A stretch of DNA of 47,268 nucleotides from Myxococcota bacterium (GTDB taxonomy: Bacteria; Myxococcota_A; Polyangia; Polyangiales; Houyiibacteriaceae), in assembly GCA_039030515.1 (NCBI GenBank), contig JBCCEA010000030.1, positions 1 to 47,268 of the forward strand, written 5' to 3'. The notes beneath the pieces were generated by a model that saw only the letters and a program-made list of their open reading frames with translations, was not told the origin of the DNA and did no database searches. This document shows positions 9,283-18,578 of this stretch, one piece after another. Numbering within the stretch: position 1 is the first letter of the stretch; each line of letters begins with the position of its first letter. Made by a program: the position numbers and the translations under genes.

Positions 9283-10863
9283 TCAGATCAAGGGGCCCGC
9301 ATGGCGAACTCTTTCGCTGGCCTGATCTTCATATTGCTTGAAATTCTCCTGAAACAGTCTTGCGAGCGTCCGCGCTGCCGTGTCGTAAGCGTGGGTATCG
9401 TTCCAGGTCTCCCTAGGGGTGAGTAGTGCTTTAGGAACTCCGGCGCAGTTCGTAGGAACCTCCAAACCAAAGATCGAGTCCTTACGCATCGGTGCGTGTG
9501 CGAGCTCGGCAGAGTGAATCCCATCGAGAATCGCCCGGGTTTGCGGTAGAGACATGCGCACTCCAACCCCGTAAGGCCCCCCTGTCCAACCCGTGTTGAC
9601 GAGCCAGGTGTGCGCCCCGTGATTCCGCATTTTTTCCGCTAGTAGCTCGGCGTATTTGGTGGGATGCCAGACTAGAAACGGTGCTCCAAAACACGCCGAA
9701 AACGTGGCCTCAGGCTCGGTTACCCCCATCTCGGTACCGGCAACCTTGGCGGTGTAGCCGCTGATGAAATGGTACATGGCTTGTTCCGGAGAGAGCTTGC
9801 TCACCGGAGGCAGCACACCGAACGCGTCACAGGTCAGCATCACAATATTCTTGGGGTGCCCACCCATGCAGGGAATTTTCGCGTTTGGAATGTGCTCGAT
9901 CGGGTAGCTGCACCGAGTGTTCTGGGTGATCGACACGTCATTGTAGTCCACCCGTCGGGCATCTCGATCGAACACCACGTTTTCCAACACCGAACCGAAG
10001 CGAATAGCCTGGAAAATCTCCGGCTCCTGCTCCTCGGAGAGGTTGATGGCTTTGGCGTAGCAACCACCCTCGATGTTGAAAATACCCTTGTCGTTCCAGC
10101 AGTGTTCGTCGTCTCCGATCAACTTGCGCTCTGGATCGGCGCTCAGCGTGGTTTTGCCGGTTCCGGAAAGACCAAAAAAAATCGACACGTCTCCGGTGCG
10201 CCCTTCATTTGCCGAACAATGCATGCTGAGCACCCCTTTTTTAGGCATCAGATAGTGCATGATCGTGAAGATGCCTTTCTTCATCTCACCGGCGTATTCC
10301 GTGCCAAGAATCACAAATTCCCGGCGCCCAAGATGTAGGCTCACGCTAGTTTTGGAGGTCATGCCTGTGGTGTGCCGATTGGCTGGGAAACCACCTGCAT
10401 TGAAGATGACGTAATCCGGTTCGCCGAACTCGAGGAGCTCCTGCTTGCCTGGACGAATAAGCATATTGTGCATGAAGAGTGCATGATAGGCGCGGGTAGC
10501 GATCACCCGAATCTTGATGCGCTCATCCTGGTCCCAGCCAGCGAACCCATCGATCACATAGAGGTGCGGTCGAGTATTTAAAAAGTCGATCGCACGTTCC
10601 CGATTGATATCGAACGTCTGTTGATCCATCGCGATGTTGACGGGACCCCACCAAATTTCGCGCTCGCTACGTGGTTCTTGGACGATGCGTTTGTCGTTTG
10701 GACTGCGTCCCGTTTTCTCGCCGCTCATCGCGATGAGTGCGCCTGAGGACGCGATGGCGGTTCCGGCTTCGTTTCGAAGGCCGTGTTCGTACAGTCGGGC
10801 GGGGGGAGGATTACGGATTATCTTTGCAACATTAATTTCGTAAGCGTCGAGATTAATAGCCAT
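9283..10863 (-). CDS. pckA: Phosphoenolpyruvate carboxykinase (ATP)
   Basis: YAGEMKKGIF, FGLSGTGKTTLS, LIGDDEH, EGGCYAK, FSACFGAPF motifs. Confidence 0.98.
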   Translation of the reverse strand: MAINLDAYEINVAKIIRNPPPARLYEHGLRNEAGTAIASSGALIAMSGEKTGRSPNDKRIVQEPRSEREIWWGPVNIAMDQQTFDINRERAIDFLNTRPHLYVIDGFAGWDQDERIKIRVIATRAYHALFMHNMLIRPGKQELLEFGEPDYVIFNAGGFPANRHTTGMTSKTSVSLHLGRREFVILGTEYAGEMKKGIFTIMHYLMPKKGVLSMHCSANEGRTGDVSIFFGLSGTGKTTLSADPERKLIGDDEHCWNDKGIFNIEGGCYAKAINLSEEQEPEIFQAIRFGSVLENVVFDRDARRVDYNDVSITQNTRCSYPIEHIPNAKIPCMGGHPKNIVMLTCDAFGVLPPVSKLSPEQAMYHFISGYTAKVAGTEMGVTEPEATFSACFGAPFLVWHPTKYAELLAEKMRNHGAHTWLVNTGWTGGPYGVGVRMSLPQTRAILDGIHSAELAHAPMRKDSIFGLEVPTNCAGVPKALLTPRETWNDTHAYDTAARTLARLFQENFKQYEDQASERVRHAGPLI

Positions 10864-10908
10864 CGGTCGTCCTTCGAGTTTCCATTGTGGAATCAGCGCC
10901 CGCGCAGA

Positions 10909-12012
10909 TCATGAATCTGGACGAGAAGTGCTGCAAGCATGCCCAACTGCGTCCTCCACATTCGCGTAGCCGTCGTGTCGAATCATTCGTGCAAGTTTTC
11001 GACAGATTTGGCCGGGTGTGCTTGGGCCGCCGTAGACAAAGCCCGTATAGATTTGCACCAGCGTGGCTCCTGCTTGAATGCGTCGATAGGCGTCTTCGCC
11101 AGTTTCGATCCCTCCGACCGACACGAGACATACACGATCCTCGACGATGGAGCGCAGGCGACGCAAAACCTCCAAGCTTCGCCTCTCAAGCACCGGTCCC
11201 GAGAGCCCGCCCTTGCCACAAAGCTCGACGACTGCATCCGGTGTGTTCAATCCGTCTCGGGTCGTTGTGGTGTTGGTTGCGATGATGCCGTCGAGGGAAA
11301 GTTCAAGGGCAAGATGTGCAATGGCGTCAATGTCTTCGTTCGCTAGATCAGGCGCGATCTTGACAAGCAAAGGTAGAGGCTCCTCACGGACCTTAAGAAT
11401 TTCTTGTCGAACCGCAGCAAGGAGCGGGCGGAGACTGTCGATCGACTGTAGCGCTCGTAACCCCGGGGTGTTCGGACTGCTCACGTTGACCACGAGGTAG
11501 TCTGCGTAGGGAGCAAGCAAGCGTGTGCTCAGTACGTAGTCTTCGATCGCGCCGGATTCAGGTACCGACTTGGTTTTGCCGATATTGATCCCGACGGGAA
11601 CCGTATGCGGGGCCGCAAGTCGACCTGCTGCATCTGCGCTTCCCCGGTTGTTGAACCCCATACGATTGATCAAAGCGCGATCTTTCGGCAACCGGAACAG
11701 GCGTGGAGTGGGGTTTCCCGGCTGCGCCTGACCGGTCAGAGTGCCTACTTCGATCGCTCCGAAGCCAAGGGTAGAAAGCTCCCGGAATCCGATGGCGTCC
11801 TTATCAAAACCGGCCGCGAGGATGACCGGGTTTTCGAAAGTTTTACCGAGTGCGCTCACCCGTAGCGCCGGGTCTGCGTAGCGAAATGCACTCAGTAGTC
11901 GAGCGCCCAGTGGGACTCGGTAGACCATGCGCAGTAAGAAAAAGGCCAGGTGATGCGCGAATTCCGGAGAGAGGCAGTAGAGCAGCGGGCGGAGCAGTGT
12001 TTGGTACAGCAC
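10909..12012 (-). CDS. pyrD: Quinone-dependent dihydroorotate dehydrogenase (class 2)
   Basis: AAGFDK, INRMGFNN, NIGK, NVSSPNTPGLR, KIAPD, GGLSG motifs. Confidence 0.97.
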   Translation of the reverse strand: MLYQTLLRPLLYCLSPEFAHHLAFFLLRMVYRVPLGARLLSAFRYADPALRVSALGKTFENPVILAAGFDKDAIGFRELSTLGFGAIEVGTLTGQAQPGNPTPRLFRLPKDRALINRMGFNNRGSADAAGRLAAPHTVPVGINIGKTKSVPESGAIEDYVLSTRLLAPYADYLVVNVSSPNTPGLRALQSIDSLRPLLAAVRQEILKVREEPLPLLVKIAPDLANEDIDAIAHLALELSLDGIIATNTTTTRDGLNTPDAVVELCGKGGLSGPVLERRSLEVLRRLRSIVEDRVCLVSVGGIETGEDAYRRIQAGATLVQIYTGFVYGGPSTPGQICRKLARMIRHDGYANVEDAVGHACSTSRPDS

Positions 12013-12064
12013 GCGGCTTAGCCTGCATCGAACACCGCTCAGATTCCATGAAGTCTTGAGTGCC

Positions 12065-12928
12065 CTAGGTTGACTCGGTTGGTTGGCAGTGAGCGCAGTA
12101 GTACGTGGCTCTTCCGCCGAGCTGCATCTTCTTTATCGGAGCGCCACACCTCGGACATGGCGTATCGTTCTTCTGATAAACCCAAAAGTAGTTTTCAGCG
12201 CCTTCGCTTACGTAGTGAATCGTGTCGGACGAATCTCGATTTAGGGTGCGCTCAAACGTTGCCTCGATGCCCGTTGCGAGGCGCGACCACGATTCGTCTT
12301 TCAGTGAGCGGCAAGGCCACACCGGTGCTACCTCCGCATGCCAAAGGGCCTCGCTGGCGTGGATATTCCCGAGTCCGGCAATCTTACTCTGATCCATAAG
12401 GGCCGTCTTGATAGCCTGCCTGCTGCCATCGAGCTGCACGCGCAACTGGTCCCCAGAGATTCCCAGGGCATCCGGACCTAGTTGCGACAAGTGCAACGCT
12501 TCACGCACTTCACAGGATCGACCCGCCACCGTTCTACCGAAAATTCGCGGATCGTTGAGCGCAAGGACGAGGTGGCCCTCCGGAGTGCCGAACCGCCAAT
12601 AGATCCGCACGTGCCGGTGTTCCGAGGTCGGTTTCCTGCTTTCACTCGTGACGCGGTCCGGTATGGCTCGCCCCGCGATTCGAACGACCTTGCCGGACAT
12701 GCCGAGATGTATCCAAAGGAGACGGTCTTCTTCGAGTTCGATCAACGCGTGTTTCCCGATTCTTCGTGCGGCGCATACGCGTCTCCCCACCAGTTCGGAA
12801 CGGTACTCTCGAGGCGTTTGATACTTCAGCGAGCGTGGTTCTTCGACCTTGCAATCGTGGATGCTGGCTTCATGGGTCCACCGCTGAAGGTTGCGTACGC
12901 AGATCTCCACTTCCGGCAGTTCAGGCAT
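12065..12928 (-). CDS. mutM: Formamidopyrimidine-DNA glycosylase (Fpg)
   Basis: MPELPEV N-terminus (ATG at 12928), HLGMSG, H2TH AGLGNI, C-terminal CPRCG...YCAHCQ zinc finger. Confidence 0.95.
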   Translation of the reverse strand: MPELPEVEICVRNLQRWTHEASIHDCKVEEPRSLKYQTPREYRSELVGRRVCAARRIGKHALIELEEDRLLWIHLGMSGKVVRIAGRAIPDRVTSESRKPTSEHRHVRIYWRFGTPEGHLVLALNDPRIFGRTVAGRSCEVREALHLSQLGPDALGISGDQLRVQLDGSRQAIKTALMDQSKIAGLGNIHASEALWHAEVAPVWPCRSLKDESWSRLATGIEATFERTLNRDSSDTIHYVSEGAENYFWVYQKNDTPCPRCGAPIKKMQLGGRATYYCAHCQPTEST

Positions 12929-13097
12929 AGGGATTCGGGACAATCTTTCTGTACTCAGGAACCATGGAACTCCGTGCTGCGTAATCGTTCATCGCGATGC
13001 AATCCTCGACTTTGCATTCAGCTCGTGACACCAAAACCAGAGGCTCATAGCAGGAGTCTATCGAGGGCGCGCTTTGAGCTGTTCCTCCCAGAAACTC

Positions 13098-14306
13098 ATG
13101 AACCACCCGAAAGAGCCGATTCGTTCCCTTCCCGTCTTACGAGCGACGCTCGACACGATCGATCGAGATGTTTTGCGTCTTTTTTCTCGCAGGATGGCCA
13201 TCGTAGCTGAGGTCGCAGCCTACAAGCGCCAACAGGGTTTGCGGATCCGAGACCTTGATCGAGAACGTCAGATGCTTGGAGATCGCTGCCTTCAAGCGGA
13301 AGATCTAGGACTTCCCGCCGGTGTGATCGAGTCGATCTATCGTTTGGTGCTCCTCGCCAGTCGAGATCATCAAGCGTCGCTTCGAGTGGAGGTTCCGCCA
13401 GAGGTCGAACCGCGTTCCATCGCGATCATCGGTGGGCGTGGTGGTATGGGGCAACTCTTTGCAAGGATGTTTTCGGAGCTCGGTCACCAAGTGTGGATCG
13501 CCGACCGCAATACCGAGTTGACTCCGGAGAAGGCTGCGAGCCTTGCGGATGTCGTGCTGATTTCGGTGCCGATTCAGGCGACCGAGGAGGTGATCGAACG
13601 GATCGGCCCCAGAGTCCGACCTGAGTCACTTCTCTGTGATCTCACGTCCGTCAAGCAGGGGCCCATGGAGGCGATGCTCGCGTCGTGCCGAGGCAGCGTA
13701 GTGGGCACCCATCCAATGTTTGGCCCGGGAGTGCACGTCGTACCTGGTCATCGGGTGGTGATCTGTAGAGGACGCGGAGACGAGTGGTACCGTTGGCTGG
13801 CGCAGATGTTCCGAGCCCGAGGGTTGATGGTTGTGGAAAGCAACGCTCGGCAGCACGACCGGATCATGGCTCTGGTCCAGGTGCTCAATCATTTTCAGAC
13901 GCAGGTGATGGGACTCGCGTTGAGTCGCTCCGGGGTTGCCATAGAAGAAAGCCTAGCGTTTACCTCCCCCGCGTACCTACTAGAGAGTTACGTCACTGCG
14001 CGTCATTTCGCTCAATCACCAGATCTGTACGGGCCTATCGAAATGCTCAATCCGCGGACTTCAGAGGTGACCGAGTCCTTCTGCAAGGCGGCTCAAGAGG
14101 TGGCGCTGATTCTTGAGTCAAAGGATCAACCGGGATTTGAACGAATGTTTCAAGAGGTTCGTGACTTTTTCGGTGACTTTACCGAGCAAGCGCTCGTACA
14201 GTCGCGGTTTCTGGTGGATCGGCTCATCGAGTTGACAGCGGGTATGCCCCATAGTGAGGGCAGCTCCAGTACCGACGAGATTTTAGACAGTTCCAAAACT
14301 CCCTAA
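13098..14306 (+). CDS. tyrA: Bifunctional chorismate mutase / prephenate dehydrogenase
   Basis: N-terminal AroQ-type chorismate mutase (LRATLDTIDR...RE), then IIGGRGGMG Rossmann motif, DLTSVK, HPMFGP, HDRIMA. ATG start chosen at 13098. Confidence 0.93.
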   Translation: MNHPKEPIRSLPVLRATLDTIDRDVLRLFSRRMAIVAEVAAYKRQQGLRIRDLDRERQMLGDRCLQAEDLGLPAGVIESIYRLVLLASRDHQASLRVEVPPEVEPRSIAIIGGRGGMGQLFARMFSELGHQVWIADRNTELTPEKAASLADVVLISVPIQATEEVIERIGPRVRPESLLCDLTSVKQGPMEAMLASCRGSVVGTHPMFGPGVHVVPGHRVVICRGRGDEWYRWLAQMFRARGLMVVESNARQHDRIMALVQVLNHFQTQVMGLALSRSGVAIEESLAFTSPAYLLESYVTARHFAQSPDLYGPIEMLNPRTSEVTESFCKAAQEVALILESKDQPGFERMFQEVRDFFGDFTEQALVQSRFLVDRLIELTAGMPHSEGSSSTDEILDSSKTP

Positions 14307-14419
14307 GCGCTCGGGTCGCGTGTGGTCCCCGTCAAAGCGGTAGTGCGGACCCCAAAGCGTATGGGAGGTTGACTCACCGCAAGAATGTGACTCCCCGCCC
14401 TTGGTGTTTGCCCTGCACC

Positions 14420-15826
14420 TTATCGCTGCGTGTCCGTCCCCTCCAGCAGCGTGAAATTTTTCGAGCTATCGACGTGCCGGACTACCGGATGCTCGACACC
14501 TAACTCCGTTCGAGTTTGAGTCTTGCCAGAATGGGGCATGCGAAGCCAAAAAATGCTTGCTGCAGTCGCGCTAGTGGTCAGTCCGAGGCAAACGAACAAA
14601 AGGCCGAGCCATTTCACCGTCCGACGTACATGTTCAGCGTGGACCATCGGCATTCTTGAGACCTCGGCCCTCTCGCTACAGGTCGGTGCCTGAGCGAGAA
14701 CTCCACCTCCGAGTCTCGAGAGTCCTGAACAATTGGGGTCCGGTGTTCCGGCGCGAGGCCAATCGGTTGGCCGACCACGTTGCGCGTGAACTGCTTGTTG
14801 ATTGGACTCTGTCAGTGTCGGAGCCGAGTCGTGCTCGACTTCACCACTCTGCGTAGCGAATTCCTTAAACCGATGGAGTTTTGCGCCTTCTTGTTCCATT
14901 GCCTCTGAGAGAATGCGAGCAAGTTTGTTGGGGCTTTGACTTGCTGCTTCAGGCACGGCGGCGAGGAGTGCTCTGCGAAATGACTCGGCGGTGAAAGGAC
15001 GTTTGGACGGGTCGATCGACAGAGTTCTTTTTAGTGTTCCCTCGAGTGCTTGAGGGACTCCAGGACGATGACGACTTGGTGGTGTGTAGTGGCCTGATAT
15101 GGCTTGCCTCAGAAGTGCATCCTCTGATGCCGCGTTTCTAAATCGGCGTAACGTGAGTAGCTCCCAAAGTAGTACTGCCGCCGAGTACACGTCCGTGCGT
15201 CGATCCACCGCCTGTCCGAGGGCTTGCTCTGGCGACATGTAGCGTATCTTGCCTCGGATCGTCCCCTCGACATGGTGACCGGGACGTCCCGCGGCCTGCG
15301 CGATCCCGAAGTCGATCAGCTTGATGTGGCCCGAGTCGGCGATCAGCACATTGGCCGGACTGACGTCTCGGTGCACTACCTCGAGAGGCACCCCGTCGAT
15401 GTCGGTCGCGTGGTGTGCCGCCTCCAGTCCTGCAAGGATCTGCGCAACGATCCATACAGCGAGCTCCACGGGCAGCTGCGTTCCCCGACTGACCAAAGAT
15501 CTCAGTAACTCGGCTAGCGAATGGCCGCGGACGTATTCCATCACCAAGTAAAAGGTCGAGCCTACCTGACCCACGTCATAGGTGTGCACGACATTGGGGT
15601 GGTCGATCCGTGCTGCCACGCGAGCTTCATCCAAGAACATCTGTATGCCCGCCTCGGTAGAGGTAAGCCGCTCGTGTACGATCTTCACCGCCGCTTCCTT
15701 GGTGAAACCTCCGAGCCCCACCCTCCGCCCTACGTAGAGGGCAGCCATGCCACCCTCTTTGCGTTTGGCGACGAGTTCGTAGCCTCCGACTACTTCACCG
15801 ATGCGGATCATCTGCGTGCTCCTCAC
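14420..15826 (-). CDS. Membrane-anchored Hanks-type Ser/Thr protein kinase
   Basis: GGMAALY, AVK, HRDVSPAN, DFG, GKIRYMSPEQ and a C-terminal hydrophobic helix. The HRDVSP subfamily is common in myxobacteria. Confidence 0.92.
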   Translation of the reverse strand: MRSTQMIRIGEVVGGYELVAKRKEGGMAALYVGRRVGLGGFTKEAAVKIVHERLTSTEAGIQMFLDEARVAARIDHPNVVHTYDVGQVGSTFYLVMEYVRGHSLAELLRSLVSRGTQLPVELAVWIVAQILAGLEAAHHATDIDGVPLEVVHRDVSPANVLIADSGHIKLIDFGIAQAAGRPGHHVEGTIRGKIRYMSPEQALGQAVDRRTDVYSAAVLLWELLTLRRFRNAASEDALLRQAISGHYTPPSRHRPGVPQALEGTLKRTLSIDPSKRPFTAESFRRALLAAVPEAASQSPNKLARILSEAMEQEGAKLHRFKEFATQSGEVEHDSAPTLTESNQQAVHAQRGRPTDWPRAGTPDPNCSGLSRLGGGVLAQAPTCSERAEVSRMPMVHAEHVRRTVKWLGLLFVCLGLTTSATAASIFWLRMPHSGKTQTRTELGVEHPVVRHVDSSKNFTLLEGTDTQR

Positions 15827-15976
15827 ACGTGCCGCCAGCTTCCAGATCAGCCGGTCACGACACTTTGATGCTCAAAGGAGTACCACCCCGACATCTATGT
15901 CCGCGGTGTCTTCACGCACGTATCGATTGGGTAGCGAGAATTCCCAATGTCTAGGCCTCGGAATCAGTCGAAGAAT

Positions 15977-17091
15977 TTAGCCTAATTCCGGTCGGAAATG
16001 GAGTTTTGCCTCAGGCTCCAGGATGTAGAGGTTGGACCACGCCAGTGTGTGGAGAATCACGGATCGGAGCCAAGGCTCCGGCAGTCCCAGCGTGAGACAA
16101 TGCGAGGAAAGCTCAGAAAACTCTGAGGCCTCGAGTGGGTATGCGTGAAGGTTCTCCCGAATACCTACCCGCCTCAGACCGAGAACTGGCAGTTGTGCGA
16201 AAACCGCCTCGAGGCCTGGATTCCAGGCGGGATGGTCGCAGTAGTAGATCGTTCCCTCTGAACGCACCGCGGCACGTGCGCAGGCTAGGAACTCGAGGGC
16301 ACTACCTGGGTTCCGTGGTGGATCTGTGACTACTGCGGCGCATCGGTGAACCAGGGTTTTGGGTAGAGGTTGGTTGGTCAGGTCGAGCCTGTGGGTGGTG
16401 AGTCGGGTTGCGAAAGAAAGGTTCGATTCGTTTGCATCGTGAGGCGCGTCTCGAACCACCGTCTCCGCCTCCTTAAGCTCTCGAGCTGTTTGCTCGATTC
16501 CTCGAAGCACACGAGGATCGATGTCGACAACATGTACGTCGAAAAAACCGAGGCGAAGTAGCTCGCACGAGACGCAGTCGTCGTCCCCCAACGCTAAGAC
16601 GGTTTCTTGCGGGTTTGAACGACGCAATATTTCCCGCGCCCGTCGCCTGGTGGAAGCTTCGCTCACCGGAAGCTGAGCGTGCTCCGCGAATGCAGGTCCA
16701 AAAAAAGGCGAGGGATCATCTGGAGGTTGCTCCGACATTCCAGCGGTGATTTCCGCCATCGTCAAAAGCCACTGAAGAAAGTCCTCTGCGGTCCCGGGGA
16801 CCGTAGGTTCACTGAGCTGTTTTGACGTGTGCTGAAGGTAGCAACGCTCGAATCCCGTTCGAACGGGCTGAGTGTTTTCTCGGTAGTGCGCAAAGAGTTC
16901 GGTGAGCACGTGTTCTCTAGACGTGTCTAAACCCTGCAAATCTCATCAAACCATGGAGAGCGTAAAAAAATATCGAGGGCGGGGTCGGAGTCCGGAAGCG
17001 ATTGCCATGCAGGGCTCTCGGGTTGGTGGTGGGGGATCCGAGAGTATGCTGGGAAGCTCTTTGGGGGGTGATATGCTCCATGGCCGCTCAT
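15977..17091 (-). pseudogene. BpsA/DUF43-like SAM-fold protein (branched-chain polyamine synthase family), apparently split by a 1-bp frameshift near 16929-16931
   Basis: ORF 15977-16939 has LALGDDDCVS, VVDIDPRVL and VTDPP motifs. The upstream ORF from ATG 17091 (GGAG SD) reads ...PWFDEICRV and joins LDTSREHV... if one T is added to the T3 run. Confidence 0.6.
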
Positions 17092-17538
17092 CGGTGTCTC
17101 CGACAACCCGACCCTCGTCATCATGCCTATTCACTTAGCGTGCCATCCATAAAAAGCAGGAGTTTTCGGTTCGATAAGCGGTCACGGAACGGTTCAGAGG
17201 ACTCACTGGCCGGCCACTAGATAAGCCGTCGATCATAGTGCGTCATGATTGTCGTCTTTCGTGGCTTTGCTCCGATATCCTATGCCTGATTCAGATGCCG
17301 CGGCCCGAGATGCCGCAGCGCCAACTGGACGGTAGCGCCTCCCAAGGAGTTCGCGTGTTTCGCGCCGATCGAGTCGCGGCTGCAATCCAAAGAGAGATCA
17401 TCCGTAGGTGGGTCAGCCGACCCGTATATCGGTGGCGAAACGGCTACTTCAATATCCACGCGTGTGGGTTTCAGGTGAGAAATCTCAGTAAGTTCAGGCT
17501 CTCAGCCTCTGGCACGCCTTGTGTATAGAGAAACACTG

Positions 17539-17670
17539 CGGGGCGGCGACACACTGCAAACACATACCCCGTTAGTCCGAAGTACCCCCAGCAAGTTTCG
17601 GCGTGCGCCCCGCCCGGCGTTCCCCCTACGCTGCACCGACAGCGCGCACACGAAGTCAGTCGCCGCCCCG
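17539..17670. repeat. 132-bp element bounded by a perfect 12-bp inverted repeat with a nested hairpin
   Basis: cggggcggcgac (17539-17550) / gtcgccgccccg (17659-17670). Inner gtgcgc (17603-17608) / gcgcac (17644-17649). Confidence 0.6.
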
Positions 17671-17775
17671 TCCCCCCTAATACGTCAAACTCGATCTACA
17701 ACACTGGTCCCGAGTTCGCGGTGCCGAAAGCCAAGGTTCTTTACCGAACGGCGTGGCGCTCCGAACGGTGGGTTC

Positions 17776-18429
17776 GAACACTTGCTCGCTGGCCGCGCTA
17801 TGGGTGACGGCGTCTACGTGATCGACCCATCAGGCATCGGCGAAGTGAGAAACGCAGTGTGTGATATGACCACCGACGGAGGCGGATTTACACAGATCGT
17901 CAGCTGGAATCCCAGCGCAGGAGATACTCTGGAAGACCTCACGACATTGATGACCGAAGAAGTCAACGATATGGGTTTGTTCCGATTGCTGTCGGATCGA
18001 CTCGAGTGGAACGACGGCGGCGAAGGAAACAACGCGCCCACTCGAGATGCCATGGCCTATAAAGCAGAAATCGATGTGCCGAACGGAGGTGAGTTGCTTT
18101 ACTCACTGCAGTACCAAGGTATCAATCTGGATGGGCACGGAGTGTGGTTCTACGTTGAATCCGGTACCAATCCGACCCCGCAGAACCTTGACTGCGTCGA
18201 TCACACGGCGGCCCCCGCCTACACTGCCTCGGACAGAGCGTGGATTCCGTCTTATGTCTGCAACAACTTGGATCCGCTGCCGACGACCCAAAACTGGATC
18301 TGGAGTCGCAACGAGCAACTTTCGGTTCCCGATCCGGTCGTCTCGTTCCACATCCGCAGTCTTCATGCGGATCGAGGTACCTGTTGTGAGTTGTCTACAC
18401 TCTCTTCGTTTGCCCTTTGGGTGCGTTAG
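17776..18429 (+). pseudogene. Fibrinogen C-terminal-like (YCDxxxxGGGW-type) domain gene, probably 5'-truncated
   Basis: GDGVYVIDPSG...VCDMTTDGGGFT signature. The in-frame sequence upstream of ~17776 is not protein-like and has no signal peptide. Confidence 0.6.
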
Positions 18430-18578
18430 CTGATTTGCCCTGTTTCGGCAGATAAGAAATGCCCTCGACCTGTTTGTGTAAAGCAGATCGGGGGCACTTA
18501 TCAGATGACGTCGATTCAGATGATGTCGATGGTCGAATTGTACGGCTCAGTATGCCGCAGTTCTTCGACAGTTGTACC

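Noticed and set aside
14363..14400. Terminator between tyrA and the kinase gene
   Set aside because: Only a weak interrupted stem (gggag/ctccc, tcac/gtga) without a U-tract.
17539..17670. Retron or diversity-generating retroelement
   Set aside because: No reverse transcriptase (YADD-type) ORF and no template/variable repeat pair were seen in the window.
17521..17775. N-terminal 85 codons of ORF 17521-18429 as real protein
   Set aside because: Arg/Pro/Thr-rich translation across an inverted-repeat element, with no signal peptide or domain similarity.
17765..17795. tRNA fragment suggested by ggttcgaa (also at ~46896)
   Set aside because: No T-stem pairing, acceptor stem or cloverleaf could be built.
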